A stretch of DNA of 63,901 nt, filler included, from Octopus bimaculoides (Eukaryota), in the NCBI RefSeq assembly GCF_001194135.2. It is 6 parts of 5 records of this genome, joined end to end, with 100 filler letters (N's around TTAATTAATTAA, not from the genome) between each part and the next. Parts side by side here need not be neighbours in the genome. Positions count along the whole stretch, not along the records: positions 10,737 to 40,989 come from NC_068995.1; 5 more parts are not named here. One strand, written 5' to 3'. The translations under genes and the position numbers were made by a program. Of this stretch, positions 10,637 to 24,338 are shown piece by piece (positions within the stretch are counted from its first letter, which is position 1; each line of letters opens with the position of its first letter). The notes beneath the pieces are model-generated. The model saw only the letters and a list, made by a program, of their open reading frames with translations. It ran no database searches and had not been told where the DNA came from.

Positions 10637-10736
10637 NNNNNNNNNNNNNNNNNNNNNNNNNNNNNNNNNNNNNNNNNNNNTTAATTAATTAANNNNNNNN
10701 NNNNNNNNNNNNNNNNNNNNNNNNNNNNNNNNNNNN
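10637..10736. other. Artificial 100-bp scaffold join with central TTAATTAATTAA (also at 41034, 57931, 59941, 62560)
   Basis: The identical 12-mer, a stop in all six frames, sits in the middle of N runs five times. Confidence 0.9.
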
Positions 10737-11334
10737 CACATATATATATATACATATATATACATGCGTGTTTTCCAGATTCACAACTCACTTTTCTATG
10801 ACTGCAAACAATTCCGGTTTAAATATAGCGATTTTATTCAAATACAAACTTTTCCCCGTTAGCTATTCATTTCAAGTTGGGTTTATCTCTCGGGAAATGT
10901 TCCTAATACAAACTTATTGAGATATTTATTTTCCTCCCATTTTTTCGAATTTTCTAGATATTTATTTTCTCACTCATTCTTTAATACGTTTTCTTCCATA
11001 TTTTATTCGTTCCTTTCTTTCTTATTTGCTTTTCAAATTCTTTCTTCGTTCGTGTCACTCTTTCCTTCGAATTCTGTTACACGCATTCTTTCCTGTCGGC
11101 TTCCTATCCTCGTCATTTCCTCTCGTTTCACACAACTCCCCGCTGTCGCTCTCTCTCTCTTTCACACCTTCTCCCTCTCTGTATTACTCTCCTCACTCTC
11201 TCTCTCTCTCTCTCTCTCTCCCACTTCACTATTATTCTTTCCCTTTCTTTCCCACACTTTCTCTCTTTCTATAAGCCACCTTTTCGATTCCTTATTATTG
11301 CCGCTTCATTTCAGCATTTTTGCACATTCAGGTT

Positions 11335-11413
11335 TAACAATAATAATAATAAAAATAATAATGATGATGATGATAAGAACAACAACAACAACAACAACAA
11401 CAAGAACAACAAC

Positions 11414-11457
<44 letters not shown>

Positions 11458-11474
11458 TAATAATAATAAGAGTA

Positions 11475-11544
<70 letters not shown>

Positions 11545-11558
11545 TAATAATAATAAGA
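11335..11558. repeat. (AAT)n/(AAC)n microsatellite running into a gap
   Basis: Direct reading. Confidence 0.95.
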
Positions 11559-12701
11559 NNNNNNNNNNNNNNNNNNNNNNNNNNNNNNNNNNNNNNNNNN
11601 NNNNNNNNNNNNNNNNNNNNNNNNNNNNNNNNNNNNNNNNNNNNNNNNNNNNNNNNNNNNNNNNNNNNNNNNNNNNNNNNNNNNNNNNNNNNNNNNNNNN
11701 NNNNNNNNNNNNNNNNNNNNNNNNNNNNNNNNNNNNNNNNNNNNNNNNNNNNNNNNNNNNNNNNNNNNNNNNNNNNNNNNNNNNNNNNNNNNNNNNNNNN
11801 NNNNNNNNNNNNNNNNNNNNNNNNNNNNNNNNNNNNNNNNNNNNNNNNNNNNNNNNNNNNNNNNNNNNNNNNNNNNNNNNNNNNNNNNNNNNNNNNNNNN
11901 NNNNNNNNNNNNNNNNNNNNNNNNNNNNNNNNNNNNNNNNNNNNNNNNNNNNNNNNNNNNNNNNNNNNNNNNNNNNNNNNNNNNNTATTGGTGTGTGTTT
12001 GTGTGTGTGTGTTTTATGTACATTGGAATAACCGACTATTTCATAGTTATTTTCTGAAAACATCCCTTGAGCAAAAAGAAATATTTGTTTGGGTCTGTGG
12101 TTCGCACGCGCGTTGGTTTATGTATGTATCTATGTATGCATGTAAGAATGTATGTAAAATTCATGGTTTCCTTGCCTTCTCTTTTTCGATTTCACATAGT
12201 GACTCTGTAGCTCTTTTACTCCGATTTTTTAAAATTTCCTCGAATTCTTTAGTCTTCAATCATTTTTTCATCTCTCTTTCTACTTCTCTCTCTCTCTCTC
12301 TCACTCCCCCGTCCTTTCTCTCTCCCAGTTTATCTCTGCTTTCCCCCTCTCTCTCTATCGCTATGCATATGTGCGTTTGTGTGCGTGTGTGTGTGTGCAT
12401 AGAACTCAATAGCCATCTCCTAAAAATGTCCTTGAGCAAAAAGACGAATATGAAAATAAATACATGAATAAAATTAAAAAAATAAAATAAAATAACAAAA
12501 TAAAGACAGAGTTTTAAAGAAGTAGCAGCAGTTTTGTGTACGCATTGGTAGTGGCAGTGTGAGTTCTTTGTAACAAAGGCGACATCGAAGCAGCCAGAAA
12601 ACCATAAAATACAAAAATAATCATAATTCTGTATTTCCGCACAAGAGCATATTCTCGTGCGCATTGTGCACAACGAACACAATACGCAACAAAATTTGAT
12701 G

Positions 12702-12703
<2 letters not shown>

Positions 12704-12743
<40 letters not shown>

Positions 12744-13177
12744 ATCTCTATCATCATGGACGGACGGTAGACACATCGGCTCCCATGTAAGTTGCATTTT
12801 TCACCTCTTAAAAGACCTATTTTGTTNNNNNNNNNNNNNNNNNNNNNNNNNNNNNNNNNNNNNNNNNNNNNNNNNNNNNNNNNNNNNNNNNNNNNNNNNN
12901 NNNNNNNNNNNNNNNNNNNNNNNNNNNNNNNNNNNNNNNNNNNNNNNNNNNNNNNNNNNNNNNNNNNNNNNNNNNNNNNNNNNNNNNNNNNNNNNNNNNN
13001 NNNNNNNNNNNNNNNNNNNNNNNNNNNNNNNNNNNNNNNNNNNNNNNNNNNNNNNNNNNNNNNNNNNNNNNNNNNNNNNNNNNNNNNNNNNNNNNNNNNN
13101 NNNNNNNNNNNNNNNNNNNNNNNNNNNNNNNNNNNNNNNNTCTATCTATCTATCTATCTATCTATCTACCTATCTAC

Positions 13178-13237
<60 letters not shown>

Positions 13238-13272
13238 TTCTCATTCTATATATCTAGCTATCTTTCTCTCAT

Positions 13273-13322
<50 letters not shown>

Positions 13323-13323
13323 C

Positions 13324-13369
<46 letters not shown>

Positions 13370-13483
13370 TTGTCTATCTATGAATTTGGTTTTACAAACA
13401 AGAGAGCGAAGCAGTAAAATCCGTGAAAGAAAGTGAAAAATATGCACACATGTCATGATAATAGTGATAATGATGTTTTTACT

Positions 13484-13548
<65 letters not shown>

Positions 13549-13549
13549 G
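12704..13549. repeat. (TCTA)n/(TCTG)n tracts flanking a gap, and (CTA)n at 13483-13549
   Basis: Direct reading. Confidence 0.9.
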
Positions 13550-13767
13550 TAGTTGTTTTATTCACCGCTTAAAATTTTATTTGATTTGTTACACATAGCC
13601 ATATGTTTCGTTATATACGAGTTTCTCGGAAAATGAAGAAGTTATTCAGTTTTTGCAGTTTATAGTAAAGGATGAAATGGCTTTTCTGAAAATATGCTTC
13701 TTTTTATAAATCCAGACAATAATGAGATTTTATAAAAAGCAAAAAGAAGCTATACTGCACGCGCGCG

Positions 13768-13803
<36 letters not shown>

Positions 13804-13984
13804 TATGATGATACAGTTCTGAGGTTTTAAACTATACGAGATCCCTATACTGGACGTCACTGTATGGTTTCAAATATCTCCGTCCAGAGCGAAGAACCAA
13901 TACTGTAGCAGATTAAGTTTTAAAAGCTCACAAATTTTCAAACATTTCCACCTACGATGTTTAGATATAAATATGCTTTTTTGA

Positions 13985-14233
13985 ACAACCAGATTCCCCT
14001 TTGATTCCTATTTTACTGAGATAAACCCCACTATAGCCATTTAATGTTTAAAAACATCCTGTTATATTTTTATAATTAAATATTATTAGGATTTGCATAA
14101 TAAAGAAAAAAAAAGATTTGTGAAAATATTTTGTGCATTGCAGAAGTAGAACCCATTTATTCCAGATAAATTTTAACAGCAGACCTTTACATGCACCGTC
14201 AAGGCCATATGGAAACCTGGTCGAGAACCGCTG
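13985..14233 (+). mobile_element. hAT-type MITE, right terminus retained
   Basis: Ends ggtcgagaaccgctg, resembling the reverse complement of the CAGTGGTTCTCAACC hAT-Charlie TIR; left TIR not found. Confidence 0.45.
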
Positions 14234-14859
14234 ATATAAACGTTCTTTTTCTATATACTCTACCCATTTTGTTAATCACTGCAGGACTGCCTTTTATTTA
14301 TATGCTTATTAAATGCATTGATTATATTCCTCAGCATGTAATTGGATGAATTCTTGAAATATATTTAACTTTACAAAAACGACAATCATGTTTGAATTCA
14401 AAAGTCTTCCTCTCCAATTAGGCGTATGAAAAGAATATAGTATATTGTAGATGGTAGTAAATTTCTGATATGTCATCGCAATGATGTTTGTGTGACCACC
14501 GAACAACTAAGTACTATACCGTGTATCGGAATGATGGCACACGTTATTTGTACCTTGGTTATTATACTATCATATTTTCTTAATAAATATGCTTGTTCCA
14601 GTCCTAGTTATTTGCGTTTAAAAAGTGTCTTATCATTAGGATAATCCCGTACATACGCCAAACTTTAAGCCAGAAGAAATCAAAACAAACCTTCTTCATT
14701 ATTTATTTTTAATTACATAGATATTTACAATCGCGTCAATACTTTCGCCTGTGTATCACCTCTCCATTTTCTTACAATTTCAACATAATGTATTGTAGAT
14801 GACTATAAACTTCCTAAAACTACACAGAATAAGATTTCAATTGAGTGACTGTTCAAGGC

Positions 14860-15460
14860 AAATTAAATGACCACCGCTTCTGTACACCACCGACTTAATA
14901 TCATACAGATTTGCTAATGTCATCTATAACCAGACAAATCTGGCCTTATATTTCTTTAAGGACCTCAAATTGCTCTTCTTTTCCAATCAACTTATCTTCC
15001 TCTGATAAGTAATTCCTCCAACGCCTCCTCGTTTATTCTCTTACTTCACCTTTGACTATTCCTGCCATTAAACATATTCATATTCAAAATTTCTCTCTAT
15101 CTACCGGTATGAATCATACATAGGCCTTCGCACCATATATCATATTTTGTTTCTTATCTATTTTATATTGATTTAACCAATTATTTACAGACCTTGTCCC
15201 TGTACTGGATACTTCATCTACACCAACTAACACTTCACTGAATATTATTAAAAGATACACGGTTCTGATATCTCTAGATTCTTTACTATACGCCATAATT
15301 GTACTGCACATCTATTAGGTAAGCTTACGTCTATAAAACTTTCCCAATTAGGTAGATACAAACTATGGCATTTTAGATACTTACAAATCTATTTTCCCGA
15401 TCTTTATAATTAATTTACATCACCTTTGTGTACTGTCTTCTCGTATTCGTTTTTTTATCA
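14860..15460 (-). mobile_element. Heavily decayed RTE-like LINE 3' coding fragment
   Basis: Minus-strand remnants such as TIMAYSKES (cf. PAMLYGSE) and later RGRPR..W-like segments, with many stops. Confidence 0.35.
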
Positions 15461-16304
15461 GTTCGCTCTATTCTTAATATCCTTACATCTCAATATTCAA
15501 CATCACCATTAATCTACTTGAAATTTTAAGAATCGACACTTTGTCTTAGTTAAAATTCTAGTTGTACACTCAATCAACATTTACCTTATCAATATTATAT
15601 TACTACTAACGCTCTATAGCTAGATTTGCTTATCTTAATATGTGTGGGTGTGTGTGACATTTCAAATCTTATGTTTATAACCTAGATAATCAGATGAGTT
15701 CACAGAACCAGTTTTTGCATATCGCTAAGCTAGGCTACTACTAACAATATTTCAGCTTTATCACGAGCTAAAACCAAGCAATTTTGAATAATAACGTACA
15801 CACACAAAAAAAAAAAATATAAACAAATTCTTGTGCGAGAGAATCTTTCCTCTTCAAATCGGTATGATAATCATGGCTCTTATGTCACGTCACTTGTCAC
15901 AGTCCCGATATTATTATATTAAATATTATATATTGTTATATATTATATGTTATTATAGATTATATATTAAGAATTATGATATTGTGCTGTATCTAATATT
16001 CAACAATTATATTATGGCAATGTATAAGCTACACGTATTTCATTCTTAATAGGTTTACAAACTAAGCCCACTCGCCCGAATATTATAGCCTTCTCCTCGC
16101 TACACTAGATTTCTGAATATATTTCGATCTTCAGTTAGCCTTAAAGAGCATAAACGTTAGTTTTCTGTTTACATTTATCGGAATCTTAAAACGTTGCGAT
16201 GCAAAGTTACTCACCACAACTAATATTATATAGCTAACAATCTGTCCACGGAGAATTTGATACGAGATTTTCCTCACAAATACTTTTCACAATTTATAGA
16301 ATAA

Positions 16305-16510
16305 TCTTTTCTAACATAAGTACAAAGCCGGCAACATTGAGGGACAGGAGGTTAGTCGATGCCGTCAATCGCAGTACTTGACAGATACTGTGGACAGGAT
16401 GCGAAACAATGTTGCCTTCGGCAGGATTTTTACCCAGAGAGGGAAAACGGAGGAAAAGATACTGCGAAGCATTTTCTCGACGCTATAACGGTTCTGTCCA
16501 TCCAGCACAC
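16305..16510 (-). mobile_element. Decayed SINE family A
   Basis: Degenerate match to 26600-26800. Confidence 0.5.
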
Positions 16511-16749
16511 TAACAGTTTATAGAATAAGAACATCCGTTACAGTGTGATTAATAAGGCTTTCGAAGATTTTGAAATTATATCGTCTTCTATTTCGTATTT
16601 TACACCGAATAAACTGATTTTTGCCATAAAATATATATAAACTATATGCTTCAACTATTAATCGATTATTTTAAACAACAATTTAATCATGGAAATCACC
16701 CTAAAACACATACAGAGCCCTTAACAAGTATGGACTTTTATTAATAGAC

Positions 16750-17060
16750 AAACGTGTAGGGATTTCAATCTCATGATCACCAGCATCACCCCAGCCTCTG
16801 GTGAACACAAATATTTTGTCTCTCATTCCTCGGCCTATTTCTAACGTTCTTCGATGACCCCTGCACTTCGAAGTTGGTTAATCTTTTAACATCGTCACTC
16901 AACAACTTCCTATTTACTCGTCTCTCCTCTTATTTTCACTGATAATATTTTCACCACTGCCAAACCCAACACTTCTCATTAATTAGTTCACTGAGTCTTT
17001 CCTCTTCAGGACGTCTCTCACCTGGTAGATACTTCTTGCTCGTGTTTTCTCTATAACAAT
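16750..17060 (-). mobile_element. Decayed RTE-like LINE 3' end
   Basis: Remnants resembling RLRWYGHV and RGRPRKTW..VV..DL segments on the minus strand. Confidence 0.35.
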
Positions 17061-17477
17061 CAATCAATCAATCAATATATATATATATATATANNNNNNN
17101 NNNNNNNNNNNNNNNNNNNNNNNNNNNNNNNNNNNNNNNNNNNNNNNNNNNNNNNNNNNNNNNNNNNNNNNNNNNNNNNNNNNNNNNNNNNNNNNNNNNN
17201 NNNNNNNNNNNNNNNNNNNNNNNNNNNNNNNNNNNNNNNNNNNNNNNNNNNNNNNNNNNNNNNNNNNNNNNNNNNNNNNNNNNNNNNNNNNNNNNNNNNN
17301 NNNNNNNNNNNNNNNNNNNNNNNNNNNNNNNNNNNNNNNNNNNNNNNNNNNNNNNNNNNNNNNNNNNNNNNNNNNNNNNNNNNNNNNNNNNNNNNNNNNN
17401 NNNNNNNNNNNNNNNNNNNNNNNNNNNNNNNNNNNNNNNNNNNNNNNNNNNNNNNNNNNNNNNNNNNNNNNNNNNNN

Positions 17478-17510
<33 letters not shown>

Positions 17511-17589
17511 CTCTTCTTAGAAGTAAAAGTAGGTTTGCATAGAGTCATCACTCCATCATAGAATAAAACACAGTTACAGAATTGTCTAT

Positions 17590-18330
17590 GCAAATTCAGA
17601 ACCAACAAAACCAGGGAGTGGGAGGCCTTCCCGCTGGGAAGATATAACACGGTGTATCAAAATCCGAAAAGAAACTGCAAATAATCAGACACCCAACTGG
17701 AGAAAAGCAGAAAGAGTCGAGAACAGCTTTGAAATGTCGTCGATTTCCGCTATCTAAAAGTAGGAGAAGAGCATGAGTAAGGAAGCATCATGAAAAGTTA
17801 TTTGTTATTACGCATGTTTTGGTTTTGTTCAAAGCATTGAAAAATTTGAAATTCTTCGTCGTTTTTAAAAATATGTAATATAAATAAAAGCTAATAATAT
17901 ATCAAGTAATATGTCGTTTAGACAGATAAATAACCTTGGACAGAATCACTTGGGGAATTGAACCACATGTTGTAAATTGGATAATCTTTATAAATAACTA
18001 CACCAAAGAGACTCTGACAACAGCAAACCATTTGTACAAGGTAGAAACGCTTCAGTTCGATGTGGTTATATTCGAAGTATTGGGAATTTCAGAATACGCC
18101 ATTTTAAGAAGCTCAAATACAAATGAAACTAAAATAATAAATGGCTCATAAAACCCCAGTAAATGTCACACTTCGACCGAAAAAAAGAGATATAATCACC
18201 TGCAGGAATTTAATCATGTGTGAGAAGCAAAGAAAGCGGTCGTCATAAACCATTACACGAAAGATATTTGGACAACTTCCAACTATCTGCAGAAATAAAG
18301 AAAAAAGGATATAAATTTGTAGTGGTTATG
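17590..18330 (+). mobile_element. Possible ancient Tc1-like transposase relic
   Basis: KPGSGRP at about 17605 (HTH-linker-like); only weak downstream WG and SP remnants. Confidence 0.25.
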
Positions 18331-18399
18331 TTTGGGGCGTTGAGAAATTTTAAAATGCGTCATTTTTAAGGGGGTTGAAGACGGCGGTCTTTCTACGAC

Positions 18400-18580
18400 A
18401 GGCAAAAGGCCTGAAAATTCGTAAAAGTGGTTATTCGATTTGTATTTATGTTATTAAACCAAAAAGTATAAAAGTCAAAGTAGAACTCGACGGAATTTGA
18501 AATCAGAACGGGGAAAGCAGGAAAAAATGCTGCAAATCATTTTGTCCATTCTGTTAACAATTCTGACGGCTAGAGGTCCT
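18400..18580 (-). mobile_element. Decayed SINE family A
   Basis: aaagtcaaagtagaactcgacggaatttgaaatcagaacg matches the reverse complement of the family A B-box region. Confidence 0.5.
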
Positions 18581-19032
18581 TCGCAAATAAATTATAAATG
18601 GGAAGACACAAAAATGTTGTTTATCATGCAGCTTTGCAATAAATTCCAAGTCGACAAATTATATCATTGTTTTGATGAAAATTGTTCATTGCTTGAAAAA
18701 TATTGGTCAAGTTTAATAAAATTTAATATGTACTCAATACACAAAGTGTCGTTGTTGGGCCCAAGGCCATATGAAGAGCATTACACAGGAGCTAGCTTAA
18801 GAGCCACCNNNNNNNNNNNNNNNNNNNNNNNNNNNNNNNNNNNNNNNNNNNNNNNNNNNNNNNNNNNNNNNNNNNNNNNNNNNNNNNNNNNNNNNNNNNN
18901 NNNNNNNNNNNNNNNNNNNNNNNNNNNNNNNNNNNNNNNNNNNNNNNNNNNNNNNNNNNNNNNNNNNNNNNNNNNNNNNNNNNNNNNNNNNNNNNNNNNN
19001 NNNNNNNNNNNNNNNNNNNNNNNNNNNNNNNN

Positions 19033-19070
<38 letters not shown>

Positions 19071-19074
19071 TGCA

Positions 19075-19489
19075 TGTATTCCTTTCCTTCCTTCCTTTCT
19101 TAGACAATTCTCTCATGTCTGTATTTTTTATTTCTCTGCTGTCCAATATTCTCTTCTGTCACCTTTACACGAAATCTCAATTTCTCTCTCCCTCCATTTC
19201 TCTCTCTTTCTCTCTTTTCTCATTGCTAAGAGACTTTCTTTTTTCCACTCGACCCATTTTAAACACTCTCTTCTTGTAACGTCTACTATTTCTTTCTCTC
19301 TAATCGAAATCCTTCCTCTTTCTTCCTTTTCTTTTCTCCTCCCACTCTCTCTCTTTCTTTGTCTTCTTTTTGTCGTTTCATTATCATTTCTTTCTCCCTC
19401 ATTGAAATCCTTCTCTCTTTCAATTCCTAATATCTCCCTCTCCCTTTCTCTTTCTCTTTCTCTCTTTTCCTGTTTCCTTCTCTGTCTCG

Positions 19490-19526
<37 letters not shown>

Positions 19527-19855
19527 TCTTCCCCATTGGCATATTTCTCTTTCGCTCACTTTCTCCTTTATTCCGTCCATTTCTCTCTCTCCTTACCTCC
19601 TATATCTCTCTCCTACTCTCCTAATCTTGCTCTCCCTCTCTTTCCAATTCAATTCCATACTACTACCCTCCTCTCATTCTCTGATTCCATTCCTTTGAAC
19701 TTTTTGCCTCTCTCTCTCTCCCACTACTTCCCCATCGCTCTCATTTCCTCTTTCTATCCCTTCAATCTCTCTCCCTATCCCCCTCTCTCTCTACCTCGCT
19801 ATTTCTCATGCATTTCCTCTTCCCCCTCCTCTCCTCCATCTCTCCACACATCCCT
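19075..19855. repeat. Long CT-rich low-complexity tract
   Basis: Direct reading; source of the S/L/F-rich and R/E/K-rich ORFs. Confidence 0.9.
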
Positions 19856-20182
19856 GTAAGTAAAGGGTACTTACTGGAGCAGCAAATGTTTGTTTAAGCC
19901 AACCACTCTACACCGCTCCCCACTTACATTAAGCCATTAACGGATTACAACACTCACTTAACTAGCTTTACTACCAGGAAGTTGTCGGCTTGTTAAACAT
20001 GTCGTCGTCGTTGTTGTTGTACTTATTTTGTTGTTGTTCCCGCCCTACAAATAGTAGCTGTAGTCGTTGTTGTTGTTGTTATGAAACATTTCCATAAACA
20101 TCCTCGGCCAATCTAAAAGCATAGTAAATATGTCACGCATGTTCTATTCTTCTTTGTTTACATCTTGGCACGTTCATATCTG

Positions 20183-20235
<53 letters not shown>

Positions 20236-20363
20236 ATAGCTGCCTGTCTGCCTGCCTGTTTGTCTGTCTGTCTGTCTACATTCATAAGCACATTAAATAC
20301 GTCTTCATATCTTTGTGTGTATGTGTGTGTATAAATATACATACATATATACATATATATATA

Positions 20364-20749
20364 TAGGCGCAGGCATAACTGTGTGGTAAGTAGCTTGATT
20401 ACCAATCACATGGTTCCTGGTTCATTCCCACAGTGTAGCACATTGGGCTGGTGTCTCTTCTACTATAGCATCAGGCCGACCAAAGCCTTGTGAGTGGAAT
20501 TGGTGGACGGAAACTGAAGGAAGCCCGTCATATATATGCGTGTGTATGTGTCTGTGTCCCCCCCCCCCATCGCTTGACAACCGATGCTAATGTGTTTAGG
20601 CCCCGTAACATAGCGGTTCGGCAAAAAAATGATAGAATAAGCACTAGGCTTACAAAGAATAAGTCCTGGGGTCGATTTGTTCGACTAAAAGCGGTGCTCC
20701 AGCATGGCCACAGTCAAATGACTGAAACAAACAGAGAGTAAAAGAGAAT
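20364..20749 (+). mobile_element. SINE family B, full length
   Basis: Colinear with 4366-4742. Confidence 0.85.
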
Positions 20750-21012
20750 ATATATATATATATATATANNNNNNNNNNNNNNNNNNNNNNNNNNNNNNNN
20801 NNNNNNNNNNNNNNNNNNNNNNNNNNNNNNNNNNNNNNNNNNNNNNNNNNNNNNNNNNNNNNNNNNNNNNNNNNNNNNNNNNNNNNNNNNNNNNNNNNNN
20901 NNNNNNNNNNNNNNNNNNNNNNNNNNNNNNNNNNNNNNNNNNNNNNNNNNNNNNNNNNNNNNNNNNNNNNNNNNNNNNNNNNNNNNNNNNNNNNNNNNNN
21001 NNNNNNNNATAT

Positions 21013-21044
<32 letters not shown>

Positions 21045-22079
21045 CCTCAGTGTGTGTGTTTGTTTATTTGAATTAACTGTGTATATATATATATACATAT
21101 ATGACAGATTTGACCAAATGACTGCTAGAAAGTTGTTAAAACGGCTGGCAGTGTTTCGGTTACATATATTGATATACTTATTTAACAACACTATACAGTC
21201 ATCTCTGTATACATCAGATAAACTACACGAATACGCAGATTCCAAGCATGTACACGTACAAGAAGCGTATAGAAATTCACTTGCATCAATCGAATGTCTC
21301 AAGACTACATCACGAATGCCAAATTACATCGTGCGTATGTGGATATGTATATATATATATATATAGTCACCCATGCAAATGTCCACACACGTATGCATAT
21401 ATATATATACACACATAAATACGTATGTCTAGCATTCTACTATATGTCCTATAAGTATGTACATATGCACAGGCCAGCGGACCAACGCACACACACACAC
21501 ACGGGCGCACACATACAACACACCATCACACACACTAACACACAGGGACATACCTATATTTGGCATTTTGGCTAAGTTCAAAGTGTATAATATGTTTGTC
21601 TTGTGCCTATACACATACTTTCATAAACGCACTCATTCAAATACGTACACACAGAAACACAACCACATACATACACATATCCAGACGTACGCACGCACAC
21701 ACATACACACACATATATAAATGCATATATATAAATATATNNNNNNNNNNNNNNNNNNNNNNNNNNNNNNNNNNNNNNNNNNNNNNNNNNNNNNNNNNNN
21801 NNNNNNNNNNNNNNNNNNNNNNNNNNNNNNNNNNNNNNNNNNNNNNNNNNNNNNNNNNNNNNNNNNNNNNNNNNNNNNNNNNNNNNNNNNNNNNNNNNNN
21901 NNNNNNNNNNNNNATATATACATATAAGTATATATGTGTGTATGTGTGTGTGTGTGTGTGCATATAAGTGCGTGTGTGTATGTGTGTGTGTGTGTGTGTG
22001 CATATAAGTGCGTGTGTGTATGTGTGAGTTTGATTCTGCGTGTACGTATTTACGTAGATAAATAGAGAATTAGAGAAAT

Positions 22080-22121
<42 letters not shown>

Positions 22122-22555
22122 ATATATTATTCATGAAATCGTGTGAAGCTGTGGAGTCAGACTCAGTGTTAAACATGGCCGTGTGCGCATGTATAGCATT
22201 CTCTCTCTTTCTCTCTGTCCCTGTATATATATGTGTGTGTGTGCGTGCGCGCGTGTGTGTACGTGCGTGTCTGTGTATATGTATGGCTGTATATATGTAA
22301 GTACATATGTGTATATAAAGACCTGTGCACGCCTGTTCATGCGCACGTAGGAGAATGCTATGAGGTTATGCACAGACGAAGACATGGCTTATTGTTTTAA
22401 AATGGTTCATTGAACCGGAACTGGTCTATTAGAGATTTAATGGTGCTTGTCTCTCAATACATTTATAATGCAGTTCCATGCTACAGAATTATGGGCCATC
22501 GCCCCTCTTTCGCTCATCCCCTCTCCCTTTTCCAATTTTTCTCTCTCATCTTTTC

Positions 22556-22602
<47 letters not shown>

Positions 22603-22890
22603 TGGTAGCATGCGTATGTAAGGTATGAATGAGTTAATAAGTCTGCAGTAGTAGTTATAATAGAAGACGGAAAAGCATTAGTAGTAGTAGTAGCTACAGC
22701 AGCAGTGGTGGGGATTGGTGCTTCTGCTGGCTCTGGTGTTTCTAGTGGTGGTTGTGGTGGTGATGGTGACAATGGTGACGAAAAAGGTAGCTGTTGAGGT
22801 GATGTTGGTAGTAGTAGTAGTAATAGTAGTAGTAGTAAAACTTGTAGTAGTAGTAGTAGTACACACACACACACCTACACACACGCATAT

Positions 22891-22933
<43 letters not shown>

Positions 22934-22934
22934 G

Positions 22935-24250
22935 GGGTAGTGAAATGTTCCTGGCTTTGGATAAAAGAAAACACAGGAGGATCAGTTTATTATGATTTCA
23001 TTCAACATATTCCCTTCTCAGATTCACACACCTATTGCAGCGGTCCTTCAGTTTTTCTAAGCCCTGTACAAGAGAGATTGATACTGAAGGGACGCAAGAG
23101 GCTCTGGATCACTTTCAACAACGTTCGGATGTAGTTTGACATTAGTGAGAAAGCAATTGCAAGCACTCGTTGCAAAAAGAGAAGTACAACACTTAACGAG
23201 TGGAAAACGAAACCCTCAAAAAATATTCACTTGTCGACAACACTGCGTGCGTCCAATCATACGAACGTCTAGCATATCTTAGAAAGAATCAGATGTAAAA
23301 ACGCTCCACTCCTGTTACATTACACGTAAACTTTTGCGCAATAGTAAAATTGACAGGAAGTGTAGACTTTCTCGGATTAATGAGCATTACAATAAGTTAG
23401 ATGCTGCAGGCTACGCTTTTGATTTTCAATAGCAAGAGATTGTTACACACTACCTCTTGAATAAAAGAGGCAGTGAAGCAATTAACCCCTGAAGATTCGA
23501 TCGAAAATGGCGATTGTAACGAAAGATGTTATGTACGTAAGCAGCAGCTACCTAAAAATATCTCAAAGGCAATACATTCCAACGAAGCGTGGTGGTGTTT
23601 CTAAAACGTTATACAATACAATTGAGAAGAAAGACTGTCTTGGGAAAAATATAGCAAACATTTGTTGTTGAGTAAATACATTCGTTTTAACACGAAGAAT
23701 ATTTGTAGAGCATTTTCATCAACATTGATGACGAATGCAAATATATCAGGTTTGGATATGACTGACTGGAGCGATCAAGGAAAAAAGTCAATCTATGGTT
23801 ATAAAGATCAGTTTGCCAGCAGGGGAGTACGCTTGTTTTCCATTCAGCGAGAAAGACAATATTTACAAGCCATGGCTTTGAACCATATAGCTTCACTACT
23901 TGGATAATAGCTTCTCATTATTACCTATAATTACTGAATGGAATCCTCGACTGGATTACCAAATCTCTAAGTGTTGCTCTCAAAAGTTCTTCACGGAAAG
24001 AAAAAAATTGACCTGTTAAAATGCACTTCAAAAATACAAATTATAAGCTGAAGAGTAAAAGTTTGCAAGAAGTTTAAACCGCCTGAAAAACAAAAGGACA
24101 AGAATCGACAAAGTTCTTTCTTACACTTTTTTAAATTTGCACTAAAAATTATCACAAGTTTATGATATTTGTACATTTTGTTTACAAGAGTATAATCAGT
24201 AGAGCCATAAATATTTCAAGACAGTCACAGGATTAGCCTAAGGATGAAGC
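22935..24250 (+). mobile_element. Probable decayed piggyBac-like transposase relic
   Basis: Frame-shifted remnants appear in piggyBac order: GGSVYYDF (cf. GYxYDF), LDHF/WITFNN (cf. FDN), EKAIAST (cf. GIxATGT), HYNK..G..D..Q..Y..KRG (cf. YNKxMGGVD), and a possible Cys-rich tail; cctaaggatgaa near 24237 resembles an AGGG-TTAA end. Confidence 0.4.
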
Positions 24251-24275
24251 GATTTGGTATCGTTCTGTAATCTAG

Positions 24276-24338
<63 letters not shown>

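Noticed and set aside
10681-10692. Recurrent TTAATTAATTAA as a biological motif
   Set aside because: Always centred in 100-bp N runs; an assembly marker.
10917-12467. 516-aa ORF and the other long ORFs containing X runs
   Set aside because: Length comes from N gaps and simple repeats.
19856-19876. GTAAGT donor-like words on both strands forming a 7-bp hairpin
   Set aside because: Too short; no associated acceptor or reading frame; likely chance.
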